From the IMG/VR virus record IMGVR_UViG_3300046692_000144, positions 21,621 through 85,620 of that record: a stretch of DNA of 64,000 nt. One strand, 5' to 3'. The notes under the pieces were generated by a model. That model did no database searches. It saw only the letters and a program-made list of their open reading frames with translations, and was not told the origin of the DNA. Below are positions 17,824-26,214 of this stretch, piece by piece (position 1 is the first letter of the stretch; each line of letters opens with the position of its first letter). This stretch comes from a virus (Duplodnaviria > Heunggongvirae > Uroviricota > Caudoviricetes). A program made the position numbers and the translations under genes.

Positions 17824-18302
17824 AATGGCAGAAGATGATGACCCGAGATGTTCTTCAGGTCGTCCAGGTCATTTCAGAGCAAGGCCACTCTGGTGGAAGT
17901 ATTGGTCCTTTCCTTAACCTGGTTAGGAAGTGTGCTCTGCAAGAGAACCTTACCCCTCTTACTGGCGAAGACTCTGAGTGGAGTGAAGTAGGTCCCGCCA
18001 TGTGGCAAAACAAGCGATACTCTGCGGTGTTCAAAGACGACGAAGGTAAGGCCTACGACATCGAAGGTTATATCGGTGTTGATCCTGATGGCTGGACGTA
18101 CACGGGTGGCGGTAAGCAGACTACCTGCTACATCGAGTTCCCGTATACGAAGAGCCGTAAGTATTACCCTCGACATGAGCTTATTGCCAAGGCCCCGAGC
18201 TTCACTATGACATTCGAAGAGTCGCTCTGCGATACGGTCGAAGAAGTCATGGAGATCTACGTCAACGCAGGTATTCCTGTACGGGACAAAGTCCTGGTAT
18301 AA
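17739..18302 (+). CDS. hypothetical protein
   Basis: 187-aa ORF. Confidence 0.45.
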   Translation: MSTESNSVRLARIELELLEKQAEDPSDLEWQKMMTRDVLQVVQVISEQGHSGGSIGPFLNLVRKCALQENLTPLTGEDSEWSEVGPAMWQNKRYSAVFKDDEGKAYDIEGYIGVDPDGWTYTGGGKQTTCYIEFPYTKSRKYYPRHELIAKAPSFTMTFEESLCDTVEEVMEIYVNAGIPVRDKVLV

Positions 18303-18314
18303 GGACTGTGTAGA

Positions 18315-18382
18315 AGGAATGTAGCTCAACTGGTAGAGCACACCAACTTTGGTGAGTCGCAGGTTCGAATCCTGCCATTGGG
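18315..18382 (+). ncRNA. aberrant tRNA-like element (canonical D- and T-arms, 4-nt 'anticodon' loop, poor acceptor pairing) followed by a GGGCCC-UUCG-GGGCCC hairpin/terminator
   Basis: gtagctcaactggtagagc is a D-arm and gcaggttcgaatcctgc is a T-arm. caccaactttggtg forms a 5-bp stem with a 4-nt loop. Acceptor aggaatg / cattggg pairs at only 4 of 7 positions. Confidence 0.35.
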
Positions 18383-18428
18383 CCCTTCGGGGCCCTTTCT
18401 ATTTGCCTATCAAAACAAGGACTTGTCT

Positions 18429-18629
18429 ATGTTTCTAAAAGTGGAGGGAAAGACGTACCGTAAGCGCCGTGGAAAGATTGTGGAGATTCCTAAGGAATGG
18501 GTACACGTAGTTCCACCAAAGAGCTGTAAACGGGAACGCAAACAAGCCAGCGTGGCTAAAGGACGTAGTCGTCATCGTAGTTATGTTTGGAGGAAAGATG
18601 CAGATAGTTCCGATAGCCGCATCGATTGA
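18429..18629 (+). CDS. hypothetical basic protein
   Basis: ORF; the start is uncertain. Confidence 0.3.
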   Translation: MFLKVEGKTYRKRRGKIVEIPKEWVHVVPPKSCKRERKQASVAKGRSRHRSYVWRKDADSSDSRID

Positions 18630-18786
18630 CGAAGAGTTACCTCGGTTGCAGGACTGTGACCGCTGGGGTAATTTAGTAGTTTGGGAAAAGGGCAGAAAAA
18701 GATGGTCTATTGTGACCCTCGAACACCTTCTTGATTACCGTATTTGTTACAGTCACTGGGCATACTTGCCAAAGGACATTGAATGA
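18583..18786 (+). CDS. hypothetical protein
   Basis: ORF. Confidence 0.3.
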   Translation: MFGGKMQIVPIAASIDEELPRLQDCDRWGNLVVWEKGRKRWSIVTLEHLLDYRICYSHWAYLPKDIE

Positions 18787-19079
18787 AATCAGTTCTAGTA
18801 TACGACTACTCCGGCCAAGGAGAAGGTCAGACGATTAAGATCGTGTTCACCAACTCACCAAGCATCACTGATGAACAAGCCTTGGCAGATATGAAGGAAG
18901 ACATGGATGGGTATTTCCACGTCGGGATCAAACTCATAGACCTTGAGTGCATTGCATTCGACTCGAAGTGGATGCGGCTTATCGAGGCGCACGTACCGGT
19001 ACTGTTCAAGTACATCACCGGCAATGACAAAGATTACTTGCTGAGTATTGACTATGACTATCATGTGAATTACAGTTGA
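18783..19079 (+). CDS. hypothetical protein
   Basis: ATGA-coupled ORF. Confidence 0.4.
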   Translation: MKSVLVYDYSGQGEGQTIKIVFTNSPSITDEQALADMKEDMDGYFHVGIKLIDLECIAFDSKWMRLIEAHVPVLFKYITGNDKDYLLSIDYDYHVNYS

Positions 19080-19106
19080 CGGACTAATCCTCAACGGGTA
19101 CTCGCA

Positions 19107-19319
19107 ATGAAAGTTTTGATCAACTGTAAGGACTATGAATTCGAAGAAGGTGAAAAGCTTACCTACGAGATGATCCTATCTCAGGTAGGCTACGATCCTA
19201 AATCAGTAATCACCGTAGTTTATTCTCGCGGTAACACCTGTGGCAGTCTGACCTTCGGCCAAGGTATTGGCGTTGTTGAGAATTTGAAGATCGATGCCTG
19301 TCGTACTGGCAACGCCTAA
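19107..19319 (+). CDS. hypothetical protein
   Basis: ORF. Confidence 0.4.
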   Translation: MKVLINCKDYEFEEGEKLTYEMILSQVGYDPKSVITVVYSRGNTCGSLTFGQGIGVVENLKIDACRTGNA

Positions 19320-19326
19320 GCTTTAC

Positions 19327-19402
19327 GGGCCGTTAGCATAGTGGTTCAATGCGTGGACCTCATAAGTCTCGGATAGGTGTTCAATTCACCTACGGCCCAC
19401 CA
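19327..19402 (+). tRNA. tRNA with anticodon CAT (elongator Met or Ile2/lysidine), CCA encoded
   Basis: Acceptor GGGCCGT / ACGGCCC with the G1-C72 pair intact, D-arm GCAT...ATGC, anticodon loop CTCATAA, T-arm GGTG-TTCAATT-CACC, ACCA. Confidence 0.75.
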
Positions 19403-19416
19403 ATCAAGGTACTCAC

Positions 19417-19635
19417 ATGAAGTGCTCTAAACACCCTACTTACGAGGCAACGCAGGCTCCAACTGCGGATTGTAAGGAATGTAAGTTAATATGGGATATA
19501 ACTCAGATGTCTCCTGCGGAGGTAGAAGCAGGAAGACAGCGGTTAGAGAGCAGACGAGTAATGACGTCTACTAACTTCGGTGAGATTGTCGAAGGGATCT
19601 TTGATGTGATCGGTGACATCATAGACTTCGACTAA
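19417..19635 (+). CDS. hypothetical Cys-containing protein
   Basis: ORF. Confidence 0.4.
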   Translation: MKCSKHPTYEATQAPTADCKECKLIWDITQMSPAEVEAGRQRLESRRVMTSTNFGEIVEGIFDVIGDIIDFD

Positions 19636-19806
19636 AGCAGTGATGATACCGTTGTTTATCTGCGATTGCGGAAACGGTGTCCCTAGTTAGAACAACGGTA
19701 AGTCGGGTACTACCAGGCAGGCGGTTCAGAGTCCTGTTGTTGCAGACCCTCTCCGGTAGTTTGATCAACTATGTTCTCTCGACGTTTGAAATAACGTCAC
19801 TTTTTC

Positions 19807-19894
19807 GGCGGGTTGACAGAGTGAACGATTGTAGCTGACTTGAAATCAGCCGGGTCTAACGGCCCCCAGGGTTTGAATCCCTGACCCGCCTCCA
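19807..19894 (+). tRNA. tRNA-Ser (anticodon TGA), class II, CCA encoded
   Basis: Acceptor GGCGGGT / ACCCGCC, anticodon arm CTGA-CTTGAAA-TCAG, long variable arm CCGGGTCTAACGGCCCC, T-arm CAGGG-TTTGAAT-CCCTG. Confidence 0.8.
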
Positions 19895-19917
19895 CTTTTG
19901 ATACAAGGATAATATCC

Positions 19918-20322
19918 ATGAGCATGACCGATAGCCGTCCGTACCTACTCCGTGGCATCTACGAGTGGATCGCAGATAACGACCACGACGTACACATTCT
20001 CGTGCATACGAATTATCCTGGGGTAGTTGTCCCAGAAGAAAAGGATACCGACGGGCAGATTGTTCTGAACATTTCCATGGGTGCAACCCGGGAACTGGTC
20101 ATGGATAATGAGAAGATCTCCTTCACTGCCGCCTTCAAGGGTGTTCTGCACGACCTCTGGGTCCCTATGGGGTCTATCGCAGGTATCTACTCCCGGCAGA
20201 CAGGTCAAGGGGTCGTGTTCGAAGTAGCACAGGCGGTCCCTGCGGCACCGGAGCCGGTTGAGGGTGGAGTAGTAGAACCTGAAGAACCTAAGCAACGACC
20301 AGGTCTACGTTTGGTCAAGTAA
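19918..20322 (+). CDS. sspB: SspB-like ClpXP adaptor protein
   Basis: RPYLLRGIYEWIADN..., DGQIVLNIS, FTAAFKGV and IAGIYSRQTGQGVVFE align along the length of E. coli SspB. The C-terminal RPGLRLVK matches the ClpX-binding tail RPALRVVK. Confidence 0.8.
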   Translation: MSMTDSRPYLLRGIYEWIADNDHDVHILVHTNYPGVVVPEEKDTDGQIVLNISMGATRELVMDNEKISFTAAFKGVLHDLWVPMGSIAGIYSRQTGQGVVFEVAQAVPAAPEPVEGGVVEPEEPKQRPGLRLVK

Positions 20323-20805
20323 CTCTTTCGGATCTAGATGGTCGGCCAGTCCCTCTAAAAGACACGGCTCCCGGATCGTGTCCGGGTAGATCCACCAGTT
20401 CCAACCCAGGAGAAATACCATGCATCCTAAATCCGTATAGACCCGCAAGCTCACCAAGCCCACACTTCGTTTATGGCGCTGGGGTAGCGATGTCCACGAC
20501 ACTGGATATCGAATCTTCACCCTAGCTTTTAGTAAGCGACTGGGCTTTGATTGTTATCTGTTCCACTACAAGACTGGATCGTATATCCCCAAACACAAAG
20601 ACCCTTCTAAAGGCAAGAAGCTGTACCGGTTCAACATAGAACTGGTCTCGGCTAAGAAGGGTGGACAGTTCGTATGCAATAAGACGATCTGGTCTTGGAG
20701 GAAGATGTTCCTGTTCCGTGCTGATGATTCGTACCACTACGTTACTCCTATCGAGGAGGGCAGTAGATGGGTACTTAGTTTCGGTAAACTGATTTGAGGT
20801 GTGCC

Positions 20806-20952
20806 ATGCTGCCCTATGGTTCTAAGAGAACTTACGGTGATTGTCGAACTACTCGCAGGTACGGTAAGAAGAAAATACGAGTAGACGTCTTTGTAAAGAA
20901 CAACAAGTTTGGAAGAGTCTGGGACCACTCCCAGGTAAATGAACCCGCCTAG
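20806..20952 (+). CDS. small basic protein (48 aa)
   Basis: ATG ORF ending just before the terminator. Confidence 0.25.
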   Translation: MLPYGSKRTYGDCRTTRRYGKKKIRVDVFVKNNKFGRVWDHSQVNEPA

Positions 20953-20967
20953 TGCGGGTTTTCTTTT
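20944..20967 (+). terminator. rho-independent terminator
   Basis: CCCGC-CUAGU-GCGGG followed by TTTTCTTTT. Confidence 0.55.
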
Positions 20968-20978
20968 GGGAGAAATTT

Positions 20979-21284
20979 ATGCAGTTTTACGATTTCATGG
21001 AGGCCTTGTTTAGTCGAGGTGCAGACATTGGGAGTATCTGGATCGAGTCAGCAGATCCGGGTCTGAGTGACGAAACCGTTAGTCATACCAAGTTTCTGAT
21101 CGAAGAGTTTGCCAGAAAGAGGGAGGAATACCCAGGGACCCATTACTCTGGTGCTCGTCGGTTTGGATTCGATAAGGGCTCTTACATCGGAGACCTTTCG
21201 GTGTTGAGTGTTAGGAAGAAGCTCACTCTTCGCAGGGACCAAGTGTCGGTAGGTCTTGGTCGTCCGGAATTCGATATACTCTGA
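20979..21284 (+). CDS. small-protein paralogue family B, member 1
   Basis: MQFYDFMEALFSRGADIG... (ATG after GGAG; the track start 20952 is a GTG inside the terminator). Confidence 0.45.
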   Translation: MQFYDFMEALFSRGADIGSIWIESADPGLSDETVSHTKFLIEEFARKREEYPGTHYSGARRFGFDKGSYIGDLSVLSVRKKLTLRRDQVSVGLGRPEFDIL

Positions 21285-21293
21285 GGTGTGATA

Positions 21294-21575
21294 ATGATTC
21301 TATTCGGAGATTTTCTCGAAAGACTTACCGGTGGCAAGTATGAGGCGGTTGATAATGATCCCCTCTACTACAGCACAGAGGCTTTCCCAGAACCTAAGAA
21401 AATTCTGAGCTTTAACGCCAAGACATCACAAGATACGTTAGTAGCGGAGAGGCTGAGGGACAGTCAGCTATTGTTCTGGGACGAGTATTCCATTTTACGA
21501 TTTGAAGTACTCTCCGTACGTCGGTATAAGGGCATGGTGGGGAAAGGGACTCTTATATCAATGGTGAGGATATGA
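21294..21575 (+). CDS. small-protein paralogue family B, member 2
   Basis: MILFGDFLERLTGGK... Confidence 0.45.
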   Translation: MILFGDFLERLTGGKYEAVDNDPLYYSTEAFPEPKKILSFNAKTSQDTLVAERLRDSQLLFWDEYSILRFEVLSVRRYKGMVGKGTLISMVRI

Positions 21576-21922
21576 CAATTCTATTCCATGAATTTCTGGA
21601 CAGGATTACTAAGGAAGGGGGGAAGATACAGAACATCATTTTCCAGGGCCCTGACTTAATGCACTCTTACCGAATTGATCAGTTTCTGACTATGCGTAAT
21701 CGATTGCAAACTTTTAAGATAACCTCCCCTAGTGCGCCGAAATCCTACTACCAAACAAGTCGTGCTATCTTTTCATGGAACCCTGCCGGTGGAAATCGGT
21801 TGGAAGACGGAGGTAGGAACTTCGCTTTGGCGGGAGTAGAGGCTGTTCTGAAGGGTGACGTATGTGGTGAGGGGGTTTTTCGCGGCAGAAGCGTCGTTGT
21901 AACCTTGAGGAGATTCCAATGA
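21572..21922 (+). CDS. small-protein paralogue family B, member 3
   Basis: MTILFHEFLDRITKEGG...; ATGA-coupled. Confidence 0.45.
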   Translation: MTILFHEFLDRITKEGGKIQNIIFQGPDLMHSYRIDQFLTMRNRLQTFKITSPSAPKSYYQTSRAIFSWNPAGGNRLEDGGRNFALAGVEAVLKGDVCGEGVFRGRSVVVTLRRFQ

Positions 21923-22245
21923 AGTACCGCGCAATTGAAACTAGGTTTTCAATGCAGAAATTCTTGAATAGGTTTTTGGATAAAGGTGGTGATGTAACAA
22001 ACGTTTTTTACGTGTTTCCAAATAGTAATGGTGGGACGGGTGTTAGACAAATTACTTCGTACCATCGTAAATATGGAACCCTGAAAGCAGTAGTACTGAG
22101 AGATAACCGGTCCATTACCCCTGACAGGTCATTCTCCGGGATGCAATACGACGTATCAATAGATAGCTACCCTCTTGGTGGCTCTCGTAGGCTCATACGC
22201 CAGGCAGCCGTACTTATTAGCCTATACGATAGGGGCGACCGATGA
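21919..22245 (+). CDS. small-protein paralogue family B, member 4
   Basis: ...MQKFLNRFLDKGGDVTNVFYV...; ATGA-coupled. Confidence 0.45.
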   Translation: MKYRAIETRFSMQKFLNRFLDKGGDVTNVFYVFPNSNGGTGVRQITSYHRKYGTLKAVVLRDNRSITPDRSFSGMQYDVSIDSYPLGGSRRLIRQAAVLISLYDRGDR

Positions 22246-22538
22246 GATTTACTATGTACGAGTTCTTAACTCGGTTCGTTGCGGCGGGTGGGAATGTAAC
22301 CAAGCTGTCGTACACGATAAATGCTAGAAACGACGAAGGTATTCGTTCGATACTATCGTTTAACGACGACGTTTTGAGGGTGCATAACGATGATGGGCAA
22401 AACGTCTACGACGCTACCGGAAGCTTCCTGCACGATAAGGCGTATGAATTTGAAATAGAAAGGGTTGTCCGTGAAAGAGCAATTACAAGTAAGTACTATC
22501 GACCCGTGAAATTGTTGTTGAAGATACAGACAAAATAA
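22242..22538 (+). CDS. small-protein paralogue family B, member 5
   Basis: MRFTMYEFLTRFVAAGGNVTKLSY...; ATGA-coupled. Confidence 0.45.
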   Translation: MRFTMYEFLTRFVAAGGNVTKLSYTINARNDEGIRSILSFNDDVLRVHNDDGQNVYDATGSFLHDKAYEFEIERVVRERAITSKYYRPVKLLLKIQTK

Positions 22539-22540
22539 GA

Positions 22541-22563
22541 AGAGGCCCGAGGGCCTCTTTTAG
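22541..22563. terminator. bidirectional terminator hairpin AGAGGCCC-GA-GGGCCUCU between convergent genes
   Basis: Direct reading; U-run on the + side. Confidence 0.5.
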
Positions 22564-23183
22564 CTTAAGTGAGAGACTTCAAAGTTTTCATAGACTACCC
22601 AGCCGCCTTCTGTTTCCGGACCAGAATTGTCTATCACATATGCACCGGCTTTAAAGTAGAACGGGAACGCAGTCCACAATGGGCTTACTTGAGTTTGAAA
22701 ACCAAGTCCATTTATCGTAACGGTCAGCATCCCTGACTTATCTATCTCTATCTTGTACTCGAACGACTCTCCTAGAGGGCACGGCACTGAAAGAGCCTTA
22801 GTGGTCAGGCCATTAGGTACTTCTCGAAAATCGATTCGGGCAACCCCATTCCACCAAGTAACCATCAGGAATGGGTTTGAAGCTTTATACGCATGGATTT
22901 GACCTACGATTACTTTTCCAGAACTTGGAATCAGTTCTAGACGAACCTTGCCAGTCAGGGTATGTACTGCCTCACCGGCCACCCAGTTGTAGGGTTCTCC
23001 AGAGCGAGGGAGAGTTTCACGAGTCTCAGTACGAGGACTTGAACTAGATCCAGATAAATCACCAAGAACTGAGCACCAGAAATTTGTATGGCCTTTTGGA
23101 TCGACCCACATTAAATCTTGAGGGGGCTTCTCTGGATACAGGTAAACGGCACCGTGAGCGGTGATATTGCCGAAGTAAAACAT
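22560..23183 (-). CDS. polysaccharide lyase family 7 (alginate-lyase-like) protein
   Basis: Three PL7 signature blocks are present: RTETRE (R-T/S-E-x-R), VGQIHAY (QIH) and FYFKAGAYV (YFKAG-V/A-Y). Confidence 0.6.
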   Translation of the reverse strand: MFYFGNITAHGAVYLYPEKPPQDLMWVDPKGHTNFWCSVLGDLSGSSSSPRTETRETLPRSGEPYNWVAGEAVHTLTGKVRLELIPSSGKVIVGQIHAYKASNPFLMVTWWNGVARIDFREVPNGLTTKALSVPCPLGESFEYKIEIDKSGMLTVTINGLGFQTQVSPLWTAFPFYFKAGAYVIDNSGPETEGGWVVYENFEVSHLS

Positions 23184-23195
23184 GGTTAGATCCTA

Positions 23196-24668
23196 TTACT
23201 TAGAGTTAGCGTCAATCAGTTTATTGATATCTTTCTTGATGTGTTCCTTATCCTGGCTCATGGCGTGGAGGTATTCATCAATGGACTTGCCTGCGGGCTT
23301 ACCGAAGAACCCTCGCGGGAGACTTGAGTGGTACTTATCAACTTGTACGTGACGATCATTTTCCTGCAGATGGGCATGGCTTCCTCTTCGGACTGCCCGA
23401 GCAACTACCTGACGGATCTTGGAATCATTCCAGTGAGGCTCCATCACTTGCATGTGACGAACACCTTTTAGGTTGATACCTTCTGCACCAGAGGACGAGA
23501 GGAGTAACGTATCGAACTTGCCGTCGTTGAACTCATCGACCATTCGTTTCTTTTCAGCTTTGGAAAGCTCACCGGTATAGACTCCGTGGGAGATCTTCTT
23601 GGCTTCCAGCTCTCTGCTTAGGTGTGCCAGGCCGCTGCCCAAGTAGTTAGAGTAGACAACCCCACGATACTTCTTACCGAGACTCTTACGCAGAGCATCC
23701 TGATCTTTTATCATGGCCTGGAACTTAGGGGAGGCCTCGACTTGCTCTGGTTTGGTCGTATAGGAAGCGTAGCTGTTGGCTATTTGGCGAACACCAGAAG
23801 AGAAAGCATTCAGAGAGGCATTCTCTTTTTTAGATAGCGGCAGACCCGCACGGATCTTCATACGGATAGGCCAAGGTATGTTGTTCTCTGCGAAACGATA
23901 GAACTTGTACTGGTCTTTGGACATCTCTACGTTATGGATCTTCTCGGTGGTCTTGGCGAACTCTTCCGGCATCTCTTTCTGAGCATCGTAGTTATGAACG
24001 GTGTCACCGATCAATTTCTTAAGACGACTCTTATTCGTAAGGCGCTCAGTCTCACCTGCGGTTGCCCCGAAGAAAGAAGCAAAGCTCCCGGGTTCGACGT
24101 GATCGGTGGCCACGAACTCTTTTTTGAACTCGGCTTCAGTGTCTGGAAGTTTTTTGTAGCCAGCAGCAAGGTTAACAAGGGCCGCTATGTCGTGCGGTTT
24201 ATTATACATAGCCGTACCGCTCAAAATAAGAGCTTTATCCGAAGAGTCCCGGACTAGAGCGTGTGCCTTATTCTTTGCAGTATCTCGGTTCCGAAGACGA
24301 TGGGCTTCATCGATGATCAGAAGGGAGTTTTTATTCTTGGAAATATCTTTTGCACGATTGACTAGCTCTTCGTGAGAGTAGTATTTGGTGCGCTTAGGAT
24401 CGAGTTTGATCCCGAATTTCTTAGCTTCGTCTGGGAATTGCTTGATCACGGATGCAGGAGCAGAGATTACAACGTCTTTGTTAGGATGTTGCTTCTGGGC
24501 TCTGGCAGCAGCCCTCAAGGCGAGCAGGGTTTTACCACTGCCCATAGAGTGTTGAGCCAGTACCCCTTCACCTTTCTCAAGTAGACCGAGGACTTCGTCA
24601 TGATGAGGGCTGTTACTTTTCTTTTTCTTAGGCTCAGCCTTGGCGATTTTGATGAGGTACGGGTTCAC
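23196..24668 (-). CDS. SNF2/Rad54-family DEAH-box helicase
   Basis: HSMGSGKT (Walker A), LLIIDEAHRLRN (DEAH), LILSGTAMYN, and the C-terminal helicase block LLLSSSGAEGINLKG...QVVARAVRRGS. Confidence 0.8.
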   Translation of the reverse strand: MNPYLIKIAKAEPKKKKSNSPHHDEVLGLLEKGEGVLAQHSMGSGKTLLALRAAARAQKQHPNKDVVISAPASVIKQFPDEAKKFGIKLDPKRTKYYSHEELVNRAKDISKNKNSLLIIDEAHRLRNRDTAKNKAHALVRDSSDKALILSGTAMYNKPHDIAALVNLAAGYKKLPDTEAEFKKEFVATDHVEPGSFASFFGATAGETERLTNKSRLKKLIGDTVHNYDAQKEMPEEFAKTTEKIHNVEMSKDQYKFYRFAENNIPWPIRMKIRAGLPLSKKENASLNAFSSGVRQIANSYASYTTKPEQVEASPKFQAMIKDQDALRKSLGKKYRGVVYSNYLGSGLAHLSRELEAKKISHGVYTGELSKAEKKRMVDEFNDGKFDTLLLSSSGAEGINLKGVRHMQVMEPHWNDSKIRQVVARAVRRGSHAHLQENDRHVQVDKYHSSLPRGFFGKPAGKSIDEYLHAMSQDKEHIKKDINKLIDANSK

Positions 24669-24678
24669 AGTTAATTAC

Positions 24679-25311
24679 TCAGATGGCTTTATATGGATTG
24701 ATCTTAGTCGTCATACCTTCAGGTTCTTGCACCGTACCTGCATCAGTAGGGTTTACCTTGAAGCCCATACGAATAACAAAAGCGTGGGTATCAGACCAGA
24801 GATGAACAAAGTAGAATCCGTACCACTTCTTCCCGCCATTCTCAGTAGTAACGAACTGCCAGCCAGCGCTATCCTTATCGTCACGAACGTAGAAGTCACC
24901 CTTGTAGGTAATGGTGCTACCAGTAACGGGTGCTTGGAACATCTTCATCAGACGCATGTTGTTAACTGGGTTACGAACTGCGGTCCACCAGTACATAGAT
25001 TGCCAGGCGGAGGCGTCAACTACCTTAAGGCTTGGGAAGATCTTGCGAATCAGTGGACGTAGACCGAACCAAACTTCAGCGTCGGCATGTTCATTCCACC
25101 ACATACGTTTATCGCCAAGGACCCCGTCATAGTCGTTGCCGAACATCCAAACCCATTTAGGCAGGTTCTTGATAGGGCGACCGTCGCTCAGAGAGACGCC
25201 ATCAACTCGGAAGGCCAGTGCCACCAGAACTACGAATAGTCCAAGAACGTCAGTGACTAGGTTTGCCAACAGTAGAAAGGTCCACTGTAGTATTGCTTTG
25301 ATGTAATCCAT
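24679..25311 (-). CDS. membrane protein (N-terminal TM helices)
   Basis: TFLLLANLVTDVLGLFVVLVALAF is a hydrophobic segment. Confidence 0.4.
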   Translation of the reverse strand: MDYIKAILQWTFLLLANLVTDVLGLFVVLVALAFRVDGVSLSDGRPIKNLPKWVWMFGNDYDGVLGDKRMWWNEHADAEVWFGLRPLIRKIFPSLKVVDASAWQSMYWWTAVRNPVNNMRLMKMFQAPVTGSTITYKGDFYVRDDKDSAGWQFVTTENGGKKWYGFYFVHLWSDTHAFVIRMGFKVNPTDAGTVQEPEGMTTKINPYKAI

Positions 25312-25324
25312 TTAGGACTCCTGA

Positions 25325-25350
25325 TAGTAAAACCGCCCAGCTAAGGGCGG
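25325..25350 (-). terminator. rho-independent terminator (minus strand) after phoH
   Basis: Minus-strand reading: CCGCCC-UUAGCU-GGGCGG + UUUUAC. Confidence 0.5.
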
Positions 25351-25367
25351 TCTTTGTTAGTTACTTG

Positions 25368-26213
25368 TTATCTGCGGTAGGCCATCACAATTTCCCTGAC
25401 TAAAGGGTCTCGTGTGATGTCATCCTCAGTGAACTTCACGATGGCGACTGAGTGAGAGTCCTGTAGTTTGTACAGAGAATCTTCTAGACCATTGCCTTTT
25501 CCAGGTGGTATATCAGATTGCTCCAGGTCTCCGTCAATGATTACCCGAGAGCCTTCGCCAAGACGAGTCAGGAACATCTTCATCTGCTTAGGGGTGGTGT
25601 TCTGGGCTTCGTCCAGGATAACCAATGCGTTGCGGAAGGTAGATCCACGCATCATCATCAAGGGCATGGCTACGATCTTCCCGTACTCAAGGTAGGACTC
25701 CATCTTCTTACGTCCAAGCTTACCTTCGATCACGTCGATGAAAGGGCCAAGCCACGGCAAAAACTTGTCCTGCTCCGAGCCGGGTAGAAAACCCATCTCT
25801 TCGTCACAACCGACCATAGGCCGAGTAATAACGATTTTCTCAATTTCTTTTGCCTCTAGCATCTCACAAGCGATAGAGGTCGCCACGAAAGTCTTACCTA
25901 CCCCAGCAGGTCCTAGACCGAAAACAATTCGTTGGTTTTCGATAGCTTCTGCGTATGCTCCCTGCATCCGATTTCTAGGCTGGAACGCCCCGAAGCGAAC
26001 TCGGTTCACTTCGTATTCTAAATGAGCTTCTACGTCTTTCTGAGCGTTAATGAGTTCCGGGAATTTCCCAGCATTCTTCTTGTTCCGACTAGCTTGACGT
26101 GTTTCAGGCTTCTTATAGCTCGACATAGACAGCACCTCGGTAGGGTAGGATACTTCCATTTTAAGGCTGGCCAGAGTTTCCTGGTATAAGCAAGATAGCA
26201 AAGGAGAATACAC
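25368..26213 (-). CDS. phoH: PhoH-family ATPase
   Basis: GPAGVGKTF (Walker A), VILDEAQN (Walker B), and the PhoH-typical ITRPMVGCDEEMGFLPGSEQDK. Confidence 0.85.
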   Translation of the reverse strand: MYSPLLSCLYQETLASLKMEVSYPTEVLSMSSYKKPETRQASRNKKNAGKFPELINAQKDVEAHLEYEVNRVRFGAFQPRNRMQGAYAEAIENQRIVFGLGPAGVGKTFVATSIACEMLEAKEIEKIVITRPMVGCDEEMGFLPGSEQDKFLPWLGPFIDVIEGKLGRKKMESYLEYGKIVAMPLMMMRGSTFRNALVILDEAQNTTPKQMKMFLTRLGEGSRVIIDGDLEQSDIPPGKGNGLEDSLYKLQDSHSVAIVKFTEDDITRDPLVREIVMAYRR

Positions 26214-26214
26214 A

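Noticed and set aside
20305-20928. Three contiguous minus-strand ORFs of about 70 aa
   Set aside because: S/L/T/R-rich antisense-type composition. The opposite strand carries a more protein-like frame (see finding), so these are unlikely to be genes.
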